This document shows, piece after piece, positions 20,837 through 29,752 of a DNA stretch of 64,000 nt. Origin of the DNA: Paracoccaceae bacterium (GTDB lineage: Bacteria; Pseudomonadota; Alphaproteobacteria; Rhodobacterales; Rhodobacteraceae); contig JAFMHK010000004.1 of NCBI GenBank assembly GCA_017854585.1, positions 92,655 through 156,654 of the forward strand, read 5' to 3'. The position numbers and the translations under genes are program-made. How positions within the stretch are numbered: position 1 is the stretch's first letter; each line of letters opens with the position of its first letter. The notes below the pieces were generated by a model. The model searched no databases. It was not told the DNA's origin and was given only the letters and a program-made list of their open reading frames with translations.

Positions 20837-21388
20837 ATGCGTATTACCCCCTATATCGCAGGCATTTTTGCCCTGTCTGCCTGTGGCGGAAGCATGGAGG
20901 ATACGTTTACCTCGGTTATTGCCCCGGTCGAGGTCCCGGTTCAGGTGAGCCGCGCCATCGCCCCCCCCAACGCCGACCCCGACGCCTGTTACGGTCGGGA
21001 GATCACGCCCGCCGTCATCGAAACCGTGACCGAACAGGTCATGCTGCAACCGCCGCAGATCGACACGATGGGTGCTGTGCGGGAACCGGCGGTATTCGTG
21101 ACGGAAACGCGCCAACAGATCGTTCGTGAGCGGCGCGAACTATGGTTCGAGACACCTTGCAACCTTGAGAGTGACCCCGAGTTCGTCCGCGCACTGCAAC
21201 GCGCGTTGGCGGCGCGCAACTTGCTTCGGGGGGGAGCCAACGGCGTCATGGACAACCGCACGCGACGGGCGATCCGAAACTATCAAGCGCCACAGGGTCT
21301 GGACAGCTCGATCTTGTCACTTGCAGCAGCACGGCAATTGGGTCTGGCGGTGTGGGACCCGGTGTTGGCGGCAGGCGGCGAAGGCTAG
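20837..21388 (+). CDS. lipoprotein with C-terminal peptidoglycan-binding-like domain
   Basis: Lipobox LSAC after MRITPYIAGIFA. The C-terminal FVRALQRALAARNLL...MDNRTRRAIRNYQ resembles PG_binding_1. Confidence 0.7.
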   Translation: MRITPYIAGIFALSACGGSMEDTFTSVIAPVEVPVQVSRAIAPPNADPDACYGREITPAVIETVTEQVMLQPPQIDTMGAVREPAVFVTETRQQIVRERRELWFETPCNLESDPEFVRALQRALAARNLLRGGANGVMDNRTRRAIRNYQAPQGLDSSILSLAAARQLGLAVWDPVLAAGGEG

Positions 21389-21398
21389 CGGCCCATTA

Positions 21399-22301
21399 TC
21401 AGATGCCGGACGACGGATCGGATGGCCCATCCAGCGCGTCAAGCGCCCCACTCAAGATGGCAAGAAACTGACTGGCCGCACGGGGCAAGGTGCCTTCGCT
21501 GCGTTGCATCACCGTAATCTGCACGTCGCCAAGTCGCAACCCGCCCAGATCGACCAGTCGCGCGCCATGGGGATCGGGGCGGCCCGATGCAACAACCACC
21601 TGCAAGTCGGGCACTGGTCCGGCCCGCAATACAACCACCGGTGTCGGGCAGATCATGCGCGCTGCGGGCGCAACCCCCCGGCGGCGAAGGGCGACATCGA
21701 TCGCGGCGCGCACGCCCGATCCGATGGGCGGAACGATCAGACAATGATCGGGGATATCCGACAAACCCATTTTTCGTTCAGGTGACGGACCGCCGGGCGC
21801 AACCCGCCCCACCAAGCCGACCTTGTGCGACAGGACAACGGAAACACCGTCATCCGTTTGCGGCAGACTTGAGATCGCCAGATCGACCATACGGGCCGAG
21901 AGTGGAGAAATGGTTTCATCTTGCATCACCTCGACGGCGACTTTGGGGTATCGCTCGCGGTAGTCCGCAACAACGGGCTCGACGATGTCACCCAGCAGAT
22001 CGCCCGACACCGACAGGCGCAACGCCCCCGCGGTACCGCCACGCATTTCGGACAGCAGGAATGAAAAGTCGTCCATTTCAGCGAGATGCTCAATCATTGG
22101 GCGAAACAGCAACTCCCCCGGGACAGACAGGCGCACGCCACCGGCAACGCGATCAAAGATGTCGATGCCCAGCTCCTCCTCGAACGCCTGAATTGAGCGA
22201 TTCAGGGCAGATGGAGAAATTGCCAAATATTCCGAGGCCTTACGGATCGATCCGGTCCGCACGATTAGCTGGATGGCCCGGTACAGGCGAAGGTGACGCA
22301 A
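21399..22301 (-). CDS. LysR family transcriptional regulator
   Basis: N-terminal HTH LRLYRAIQLIVRTGSIRKASEYLAISPSALNRSIQAFEEELG plus a substrate-binding domain of the expected length. TTG start with an in-frame TGA just upstream. Divergent from urtA. Confidence 0.88.
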   Translation of the reverse strand: MRHLRLYRAIQLIVRTGSIRKASEYLAISPSALNRSIQAFEEELGIDIFDRVAGGVRLSVPGELLFRPMIEHLAEMDDFSFLLSEMRGGTAGALRLSVSGDLLGDIVEPVVADYRERYPKVAVEVMQDETISPLSARMVDLAISSLPQTDDGVSVVLSHKVGLVGRVAPGGPSPERKMGLSDIPDHCLIVPPIGSGVRAAIDVALRRRGVAPAARMICPTPVVVLRAGPVPDLQVVVASGRPDPHGARLVDLGGLRLGDVQITVMQRSEGTLPRAASQFLAILSGALDALDGPSDPSSGI

Positions 22302-22317
22302 ACTCGGCCCTCATGCA

Positions 22318-22336
22318 TGGTGCAGATTATGCACCA
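22318..22336. promoter_or_regulatory. perfect 7-bp inverted repeat TGGTGCA-N5-TGCACCA in the LysR/urtA intergenic region
   Basis: Read directly. It contains a T-N11-A core (TGCA-gatta-TGCA). It lies 17 nt upstream of the LysR start and about 100 nt upstream of urtA. Confidence 0.4.
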
Positions 22337-22432
22337 CCCTAGCACATTTTTTGATGCAGACAGCAACACCCCGAATCTGTGACCCCTTCTGGCAATGCAA
22401 GGAACAATACTGTCAATCTGAGGGACATCTTG

Positions 22433-23695
22433 ATGAAAAAGCTTCTTCTGTCCGGCGCCGTTGGCGCCCTTTGCGCCACAAGCGCTTCCGCCGAAATCCG
22501 CGTGGGCATTCTTCATTCTCTGTCGGGAACAATGGCGATTTCCGAAAGCACATTGCGCGACACGATGTTGCTGTTGATCGAACAGCAAAACGCCGCCGGT
22601 GGTTTGCTGGGTGAAGAAATCGTTCCTGTCGTTGTCGACCCTGCGTCTGACTGGCCGCTGTTCGCGGAGCGCGCCCGCGAACTGCTGACCGTCCATGATG
22701 TGGATGTGATTTTTGGTGCGTGGACATCGGTAAGCCGGAAATCGGCATTGCCGGTTCTGGAAGAACTGAACGGCCTGATGTTCTACCCTGTTCAGTACGA
22801 AGGGGAAGAAAGCTCTCGCAACGTGTTTTATACGGGCGCGGCACCAAACCAGCAGGCGATTCCGGCGGTTGATTACTACCTGAATGAGTTGGGCGTCGAG
22901 GTATTTGCCCTGCTTGGTACCGATTACGTCTACCCCCGGACCACCAACCGTATCCTCGAGCAGTATTTGCTGGATGCGGGCATTCCTCAGGAAAACATTT
23001 TCGTCAACTACACGCCCTTCGGTCATTCCGACTGGTCGTCGATCGTGGCTGATGTCGTCGCGCTTGGAGAAGGCGGGCAGCAGGTCGGTGTGATTTCCAC
23101 CATCAACGGCGATGCCAACGTGGGCTTCTATTCCGAACTGGCCGCATCGGACGTATCGGCCGATGACATCCCTGTCGTCGCCTTCTCGGTGGGTGAGGAA
23201 GAACTGTCGGGTCTGGATACATCGAACTTGGTCGGCCATCTGGCGGCGTGGAACTATTTCATGTCAGCCGACACCCCCGAGAACGAGGCGTGGATCGCCG
23301 CGTGGCAGGAACGTTTTGGCGAAGATCGCGTCACCAATGACCCGATGGAAGCCCATTATATCGGCTTCAACATGTGGGTGAACGCAGTTGAGCAGGCCGG
23401 CACCACCGACGTGGATGCCGTGCGCGATGCGATGTACGGGCAGGAATTCACCAACCTGACCGGCGGCACAGCAGTGATGTTGCCGAACCACCATTTGGCC
23501 AAGCCGGTTCTGATCGGTGAAATCCGGGCGGACGGACAGTTCGATATCATAAGCCAGACCGCAGAAGTGCCGGGCGATGCATGGACGGACTTCCTGCCTG
23601 AAAGCGCCGTGCTGACTTCGGATTGGCCGGGTCTGGGTTGCGGAATGTACAATACCGAAACGCAAACCTGCGTGCAGCTTCTGTCGAACTACTAA
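22433..23695 (+). CDS. urtA: urea ABC transporter substrate-binding protein
   Basis: Signal peptide MKKLLLSGAVGALCATSASA. I recall the GILHSLSGTMAISE motif as UrtA-typical within the LivK/AmiC fold. Two permease and two ATPase genes follow. Confidence 0.88.
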   Translation: MKKLLLSGAVGALCATSASAEIRVGILHSLSGTMAISESTLRDTMLLLIEQQNAAGGLLGEEIVPVVVDPASDWPLFAERARELLTVHDVDVIFGAWTSVSRKSALPVLEELNGLMFYPVQYEGEESSRNVFYTGAAPNQQAIPAVDYYLNELGVEVFALLGTDYVYPRTTNRILEQYLLDAGIPQENIFVNYTPFGHSDWSSIVADVVALGEGGQQVGVISTINGDANVGFYSELAASDVSADDIPVVAFSVGEEELSGLDTSNLVGHLAAWNYFMSADTPENEAWIAAWQERFGEDRVTNDPMEAHYIGFNMWVNAVEQAGTTDVDAVRDAMYGQEFTNLTGGTAVMLPNHHLAKPVLIGEIRADGQFDIISQTAEVPGDAWTDFLPESAVLTSDWPGLGCGMYNTETQTCVQLLSNY

Positions 23696-23706
23696 GTTGT
23701 CTTTGC

Positions 23707-23742
23707 GACCGGTGGCGGGCCTTGAACGGTCCGCCACCGGCC
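23707..23742 (+). terminator. intercistronic stem-loop after urtA (possible partial terminator or mRNA stabiliser)
   Basis: GACCGGTGGCGGGCC-ttgaac-GGTCCGCCACCGGCC: 15-nt arms with 2 mismatches, including a perfect CCGGTGGCGG/CCGCCACCGG core. No T-tract follows. Confidence 0.45.
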
Positions 23743-23776
23743 ACCACGTCCCCCGGCCACAGGCACCCCTCACATC

Positions 23777-25744
23777 ATGCGCAATTTTCTCGCTGCGGCA
23801 CTGATCGCCCTTGGCCTTCTGGCACTGCCCGTCCCCATTGTCGCGCAGGATACAGACGACCCGCTGCAAGCCCTGTTGCAAGAGAACGCAGCATTGGTGG
23901 CCAATGCCTCGCGGCAAACGGTGCAGACGGTCCTTGATGCGCTGATCGCAAGCGACCTGCCGACTGTGCCGGCCTTTCTGGCACGCTGGCAGGCGCGTGA
24001 CGTTTACCAACGATCATCAGATGGCTTGTTCGTGCTCGTCGAGGACGAAGACGCGGACCCCCTTACCTTGCTGACGCTATCGACCGGCCAAGTGGTCGGC
24101 ACGGCGACCAGCCGCGAATTGGACCACCTGCGCCCCAATCGCGGCGTCCAGGACCTGATCGGGGCCGCATTGGTGCAGTTTCAACTTGGCGCGGACGACC
24201 CTGCCGAACGCACACGTGCCTTGGACAATATCGCCCGGACGCCAGCTGCCTCGCACCTGCCCATGATTGCCGACATGGTGGCAAACGAAACCGACCCCGC
24301 CTTGCGCGACACCGCCCAGTGGCTATTGACGCGATTAAGCATTTCCTATGGCCAGGATGACGCGGTCCGCGTTTCGGCGATTGAAAGCCTTTCCGGCGAC
24401 TTGCGGGTTGAGGCACGCGCCGCGCTTAACCCATTGCTGACAACTCGGACGCGGGTTGCCGAGACACTGCCTGACAACATCAACATCGCCCGCGTGCTGA
24501 CGCCGGGCAGCGACGCACTTTCCATGACCGACGCCTATGCCATGTTGGTCGATGCAGGTCTGGCACCGCCGCGTGTCACGGCGACGGCGCGGCGCGACGC
24601 CCTGATCGCCAACATCAGCGACGGCTTTGTCGGGGGCGCGCCTGTTCATACCCTTGAAACGGATGCGGCCCGCATGGACGCCTACGATGCGCTGGTCGTT
24701 GCCGGACTGGCCCCCCCCACCATATCGGACGCCGAGGCAGCAACGGTCATCGCAGCGCATGTCTTTTTTGAGCAATACAACGAAGCGTCCGCCATCGTTA
24801 CCACGGCCGCAGCTGATACAGTCGCGGCCATCAACGCGCGAGTCACGGCGCTTGAGATGGTGGACCTATCGCTTGACGGTCTGTCGCTGGCCTCGATCTA
24901 TTTTCTTGCGGCCATCGGGCTGGCGATCACCTTTGGCGTGATGGGCGTAATCAACATGGCGCATGGTGAGTTCATCATGATGGGCGCCTATACCGGATAC
25001 CTCGTGCAATCGCTGGTTCCCGATTACACAGTGTCGATCATCATCGCCTTGCCGTTGGCCTTTGCTGTCACGTTTGGCGCTGGCGTCGCGATGGAACGCA
25101 GCATCATCCGTTGGCTTTATCATCGCCCGCTGGAAACGCTGCTGGCGACCTTCGGCATCTCCATCGCCCTGCAACAGATCGTGCGCCAGATCTTCGGCGC
25201 GCAGGCCCGCCCCTTTACGCCACCCGATTGGCTGGCCGGGTCGCTGGATTTCAATGACGTGGTGTCGATCAGTTATATCCGGATCGCGATCTTCGGGCTG
25301 GGTGTGATCTTTTTCATCGTCCTGTGGCTAATCCTGAACAAGACGCGTCTGGGGCTTGAGGTCCGTGCCGTCACGCAGAACCCTGCCATGGCCGCGTCGA
25401 TGGGGATTAACCCGGATCGGATCAACATGCTGACATTTGGCCTTGGGTCTGGAATTGCAGGAATTGCAGGTGTGGCGATCGGGTTGTTTGCACAAGTTAC
25501 GCCCGAACTGGGCACCAATTACATCGTGCAAAGCTTCATGACCGTGGTGGTTGGCGGTGTCGGCAATATCTTTGGCACACTGGCGGGCGCGGGCATGATC
25601 GGCTTCTTCCAGAAAGGTGTTGAATGGCTGAACCCGTCCAACACACTTGCGGCGCAAACCTACATGATCTTGTTCGTGATCCTGTTCATTCAGTTTCGGC
25701 CCAAGGGCATCATCGCCCTTAAAGGCCGCGCGGCGGAGATGTAG
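23777..25744 (+). CDS. urtB: urea ABC transporter permease UrtB with a long periplasmic N-terminal extension
   Basis: The C-terminal ~290 aa is a LivH-type permease. The N-terminal ~360 aa is a signal peptide plus a soluble region. Confidence 0.88.
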   Translation: MRNFLAAALIALGLLALPVPIVAQDTDDPLQALLQENAALVANASRQTVQTVLDALIASDLPTVPAFLARWQARDVYQRSSDGLFVLVEDEDADPLTLLTLSTGQVVGTATSRELDHLRPNRGVQDLIGAALVQFQLGADDPAERTRALDNIARTPAASHLPMIADMVANETDPALRDTAQWLLTRLSISYGQDDAVRVSAIESLSGDLRVEARAALNPLLTTRTRVAETLPDNINIARVLTPGSDALSMTDAYAMLVDAGLAPPRVTATARRDALIANISDGFVGGAPVHTLETDAARMDAYDALVVAGLAPPTISDAEAATVIAAHVFFEQYNEASAIVTTAAADTVAAINARVTALEMVDLSLDGLSLASIYFLAAIGLAITFGVMGVINMAHGEFIMMGAYTGYLVQSLVPDYTVSIIIALPLAFAVTFGAGVAMERSIIRWLYHRPLETLLATFGISIALQQIVRQIFGAQARPFTPPDWLAGSLDFNDVVSISYIRIAIFGLGVIFFIVLWLILNKTRLGLEVRAVTQNPAMAASMGINPDRINMLTFGLGSGIAGIAGVAIGLFAQVTPELGTNYIVQSFMTVVVGGVGNIFGTLAGAGMIGFFQKGVEWLNPSNTLAAQTYMILFVILFIQFRPKGIIALKGRAAEM

Positions 25745-25748
25745 CGCG

Positions 25749-26918
25749 ATGGAACGATCCTTCTTTGCGCGCAACCCGTCGGTCATGATCTTCATTGGGA
25801 TGCTGGGGCTATTCACACTGGCGATCACAGTTATGTCCGAGGCCTATGGGACCAGTGCGATCTCGACATCGCTGGTGAAGACATTAGGCATGACGTTGTG
25901 CCTATGCCTGATCGCATTGGCGATGGATCTGGTCTGGGGATATTGCGGCATTCTCAGCCTTGGGCATTTCGCTTTCTTTGGCTTGGGCGGCTACATGATC
26001 GGCATGTGGATCATGTATGCGCGGACCGAAGCCGTGATCGTGACATCTCTGGCCAACGCGCCGTTGCCACCCACGCCGACGGAATTGAACGATGCCATCG
26101 CGGTGCAGATCTTCGGCGTGGTGGGCGGCGACAGCTTTCCGTGGATGTGGGCGTTTTCGCATAGCTTGACCTTGCAACTGATGCTTGTGGTGCTGGTGCC
26201 CGGCCTGCTGGCACTGGTGTTCGGCTGGTTGGCGTTCCGCAGCCGGGTGACGGGCGTCTACCTGTCGATCCTGACACAGGCCATGACGCTGGCGTTGTCG
26301 CTGTATCTGTTCCAGAACGACACCGGACTGCGCGGCAATAACGGCTTGTCAGGTCTGCAGAACATTCCCGGCGCCGAAGACATCCCGCAGGCTGTGACCT
26401 CGATCTGGTTGCTGTGGGCATCGGCCTTGGCGCTTGGGCTTGGGTACATCGCCGCCGCGTGGATCATGTCGGGCAAGTTCGGCAACGTCATTCGCGGTAT
26501 CCGCGATGACGAACCGCGCGTGCGGTTCCTTGGCTATTCCGTCGAAGGCTACAAACTGTTCGTCTTCACTGTCAGTGCGGTGATCGCGGGGTTGGCCGGT
26601 GCACTCTATTATCCGCAGGCGGGCATCATCAACCCCGACGAAATCGCGCCCATCGCATCGATCTATCTGGCGGTCTGGGTCGCCATTGGCGGGCGTGGGC
26701 GGCTTTACGGCGCGGTCATCGGTGCCGCGACGGTGTCGCTTTTGTCGACGTGGTTCACCGGGGGCCGCGCGCCGGACGTGAACCTTGGCTTCTACAACAT
26801 CCAATGGGTGGATTGGTGGACAGTCCTGTTGGGTCTTGGTTTCGTTCTGGTCACGTTGTTTGCCCCCAAGGGACTGGGCGGGCTGATCGACTTTGTCATC
26901 CGGAAGGACCGCGCATGA
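25749..26918 (+). CDS. urtC: urea ABC transporter permease
   Basis: 389-aa LivM-type polytopic permease starting 5 nt after the urtB stop. Confidence 0.88.
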   Translation: MERSFFARNPSVMIFIGMLGLFTLAITVMSEAYGTSAISTSLVKTLGMTLCLCLIALAMDLVWGYCGILSLGHFAFFGLGGYMIGMWIMYARTEAVIVTSLANAPLPPTPTELNDAIAVQIFGVVGGDSFPWMWAFSHSLTLQLMLVVLVPGLLALVFGWLAFRSRVTGVYLSILTQAMTLALSLYLFQNDTGLRGNNGLSGLQNIPGAEDIPQAVTSIWLLWASALALGLGYIAAAWIMSGKFGNVIRGIRDDEPRVRFLGYSVEGYKLFVFTVSAVIAGLAGALYYPQAGIINPDEIAPIASIYLAVWVAIGGRGRLYGAVIGAATVSLLSTWFTGGRAPDVNLGFYNIQWVDWWTVLLGLGFVLVTLFAPKGLGGLIDFVIRKDRA

Positions 26919-27655
26919 GCTCACTTTTGCAACTGTCCGGGGTTTCCGTCACCTTCGATGGCTTTCGTGCAATCAACAACCTGTCGTTCCAGATTGGCGA
27001 GCCTGAGCTGCGCGCCGTGATCGGGCCGAACGGCGCCGGCAAAACCACCTTCATGGATATCGTCACCGGCAAGACGCGTCCCGATGAGGGAACGGTGATC
27101 TGGGGCGAACGCTCGGTCTCTTTGCTGAAGATGTCCGAGGCGCAAATCGCGCGAGCGGGCATCGGGCGCAAGTTCCAGCGTCCCACGGTGTTCGAAGATC
27201 AGACAGTCGCTGAGAACCTGATGGTGGCATTGAAGAAGGATCGCGGTCCCTTTTCGGTATTGTTCTGGCGCGCGGAACCCGCCGACCAGACCCGGATCGA
27301 GGAATTGGCGTCCGAGATCAGTTTGGTTGATCATTTGAACACGCAGGCCGGCATCCTGAGCCACGGGCAAAAACAATGGCTGGAAATCGGGATGCTGCTG
27401 GCACAAGAACCGCGTCTGTTGCTGGTCGACGAACCCGCCGCAGGAATGTCGGGGGCCGAACGCGACCACACCACGGAATTGCTGAAAGAGGCCGCAAAGA
27501 CCCGTGCCGTGGTTGTGGTCGAACACGACATGGATTTCGTGCGCAAGCTGGATTGCAAGGTTACGGTCCTGCACGAGGGATCGGTTCTGGCCGAGGGCAG
27601 CCTGGACCATGTGACCGCCAACCAAGAGGTCATCGATGTCTATCTGGGCCGTTAG
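26915..27655 (+). CDS. urtD: urea ABC transporter ATP-binding protein
   Basis: MSSLLQLSGVSVTFDGF start with ATGA overlap onto urtC. Walker A GPNGAGKTT, signature LSHGQKQWLEIG, LivG-like. Confidence 0.88.
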   Translation: MSSLLQLSGVSVTFDGFRAINNLSFQIGEPELRAVIGPNGAGKTTFMDIVTGKTRPDEGTVIWGERSVSLLKMSEAQIARAGIGRKFQRPTVFEDQTVAENLMVALKKDRGPFSVLFWRAEPADQTRIEELASEISLVDHLNTQAGILSHGQKQWLEIGMLLAQEPRLLLVDEPAAGMSGAERDHTTELLKEAAKTRAVVVVEHDMDFVRKLDCKVTVLHEGSVLAEGSLDHVTANQEVIDVYLGR

Positions 27656-27658
27656 ATC

Positions 27659-28354
27659 ATGCTGAACACGACAGACCTGACCCTTCATTACGGCGGCAGC
27701 CAGATACTGCATGGCATCACGATGGAGGCCGCTCGCGGGGAAATAACCTGTGTCATGGGAACGAACGGTGTGGGAAAGACCAGTCTGCTCAAGGCGATTT
27801 CCGGCACTCATGCCCGATCGGGCGGCGGGGTCACGTTGGATGGCGGATCGCTGCCGATCATTCCGGCCCACCAATTGGCCCATCTTGGCGTGGGTTACGT
27901 GCCGCAGGGCCGAATGATCTTTCCTCTGCTCACGGTCCGCGAAAACCTTGAAACCGGGCTGGCCTGTCTGCCACGAGGCGAACGCACGGTCCCCGATGAA
28001 ATCTACGAGTTGTTCCCGGTCCTGAAGGAAATGCAAAACCGTCGTGGCGGCGACCTGTCGGGCGGGCAACAACAGCAGTTGGCCATCGGGCGCGCGCTGG
28101 TGACCAAACCCAAGTTGTTGTTGCTGGATGAACCGACCGAGGGCATTCAACCCAACATCATCCAGCAAATCGGACGGGTTATCGGTTACCTGAGAGATCA
28201 GGGGCAGATGGCGATCGTCTTGGTGGAACAGTATTTCGACTTTGCCTACGACAACGGCGACAGCTTTTACGTGCTGAACCGGGGGCTGGTCTCGTTTGCC
28301 CGAACCAAGGCCGATCTATCCAAGGCTGAATTGGCGGCGGCTTTCTCGGTCTGA
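27659..28354 (+). CDS. urtE: urea ABC transporter ATP-binding protein
   Basis: Walker A GTNGVGKTS, LSGGQQQQLAIGRAL, LivF-like, 231 aa. Confidence 0.88.
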   Translation: MLNTTDLTLHYGGSQILHGITMEAARGEITCVMGTNGVGKTSLLKAISGTHARSGGGVTLDGGSLPIIPAHQLAHLGVGYVPQGRMIFPLLTVRENLETGLACLPRGERTVPDEIYELFPVLKEMQNRRGGDLSGGQQQQLAIGRALVTKPKLLLLDEPTEGIQPNIIQQIGRVIGYLRDQGQMAIVLVEQYFDFAYDNGDSFYVLNRGLVSFARTKADLSKAELAAAFSV

Positions 28355-28472
28355 CCGTTTCTTGGCCGCGCGTCTTGCACTTGCGCGCCAACCACGCGAT
28401 ATTTGCGGCTGCCCTTGGGATGTTGCCAACAGACGAGGGCCTGCCCCGTTCCTCACCCATGGTTGACGTGTC

Positions 28473-29144
28473 ATGACTGAAACCGACCCTATGCTGCCCA
28501 CCGAGCAAGGCAAGCCAGACCCAAACGATAGCGCGATCGAGGATTTGGTCGCCTGCCCAACCTGTGACGCGCTTTACCGGCTGCCAAACATCCCGATCGG
28601 GTCGCGGGCCAGATGCCTGCGATGCCATACGGTGCTGACTGCCCCGCGTGAGGGGGCAATGACCCGGATCGCGATGCTGGCCGGAACATCGGCGATCTTG
28701 ATGATCGCCGCGGTGTTCTTTCCCTTCCTCGAACTGACAGCGGCCGGAATGGTGCAGCGCAGTTCGGTTCTGGATGTGGTCCTTGTGTTCGCTGATGGCC
28801 CTTTCGTTGGGTTGGCGGTTGCCGTTGCCGCCCTGATCGTCGTTTTGCCGCTGGCCCGCTTTCTGTCACTGATCTATGTGCTTGCCCCGATGGGCTTGGG
28901 CTGGCGACCCGCGCCTTATGCCATCGCGGTATTTCGCATGGCCGAGCGTATCCGCCCATGGTCGATGGCAGAGATATTCATCGTGGGCGTGGCGGTCGCG
29001 CTGATCAAGGTGGCGGGGCTGGCAAGCCTCTCACTCGGGCCCGCTTTCTGGGCATTCGTCGCGCTGGTACTGATCACGGCGGTCAAGGATAACTTCATGT
29101 GCAGATTGACGATATGGAAAACGCTGGAACACCGCAGCCAATAA
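28473..29144 (+). CDS. pqiA: PqiA-family integral membrane protein (first half-size copy)
   Basis: Zinc-ribbon-like CPTCD...CLRCH followed by 4 TM helices, about half the length of E. coli PqiA. Confidence 0.8.
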   Translation: MTETDPMLPTEQGKPDPNDSAIEDLVACPTCDALYRLPNIPIGSRARCLRCHTVLTAPREGAMTRIAMLAGTSAILMIAAVFFPFLELTAAGMVQRSSVLDVVLVFADGPFVGLAVAVAALIVVLPLARFLSLIYVLAPMGLGWRPAPYAIAVFRMAERIRPWSMAEIFIVGVAVALIKVAGLASLSLGPAFWAFVALVLITAVKDNFMCRLTIWKTLEHRSQ

Positions 29145-29752
29145 TCACGGCACGCGCCGCAGGGCTAGTCGCCTGTCCGAACTGCGGGCGGGTGCATCGC
29201 CATCCTGCGCCTGCGCGTTGTGCCCGTTGCGGGCTGGCGTTGGACCCGGGGCCAGACAAAAGCTTGCAACGGGTCCTTGCATGGCTCGTCGCCGGGATGA
29301 TCGTTTACGTACCCGCAAATATCTACCCAATGCTGATTACGAACACCTTCGGACACAGCAGCGAAAGCACGATACTGGAAGGCGTGGTCGAATTGCTGCA
29401 ACATGGATCATATGGTGTTGCGCTTATTGTCTTTGTTGCCAGCATCATCATCCCAGTGATCAAGTTCGCGGCTATCGGGTTCTTGGCATTGAGCGTCAGG
29501 CGCCAGTCGATCCTGCCCCCGCCAGCACGCCATAAACTGTATGAAATCGTTGAGTTTATCGGACGCTGGTCAATGATCGACGTGTTTGTCGTGGCGATTC
29601 TTGCCGCGTTGGTACAACTGGACTTTGCGGCAACCATAAACCCCGGCATCGCAGCAATCAGCTTTGCGCTTTCGGTTGCATTTACAATGCTTTCAGCGCA
29701 GAGCTTCGACCCCAAGGCCATATGGGCCGAAAGGGATGCTGCCGCGTCATGA
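29099..29752 (+). CDS. pqiA: PqiA-family integral membrane protein (second half-size copy)
   Basis: CPNCG...CARCG followed by 4 TM helices. The GTG at 29099 has AAGGAT 9 nt upstream and overlaps the first copy by 46 nt; ATG at 29114 is the alternative start. Confidence 0.8.
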   Translation: MQIDDMENAGTPQPIITARAAGLVACPNCGRVHRHPAPARCARCGLALDPGPDKSLQRVLAWLVAGMIVYVPANIYPMLITNTFGHSSESTILEGVVELLQHGSYGVALIVFVASIIIPVIKFAAIGFLALSVRRQSILPPPARHKLYEIVEFIGRWSMIDVFVVAILAALVQLDFAATINPGIAAISFALSVAFTMLSAQSFDPKAIWAERDAAAS

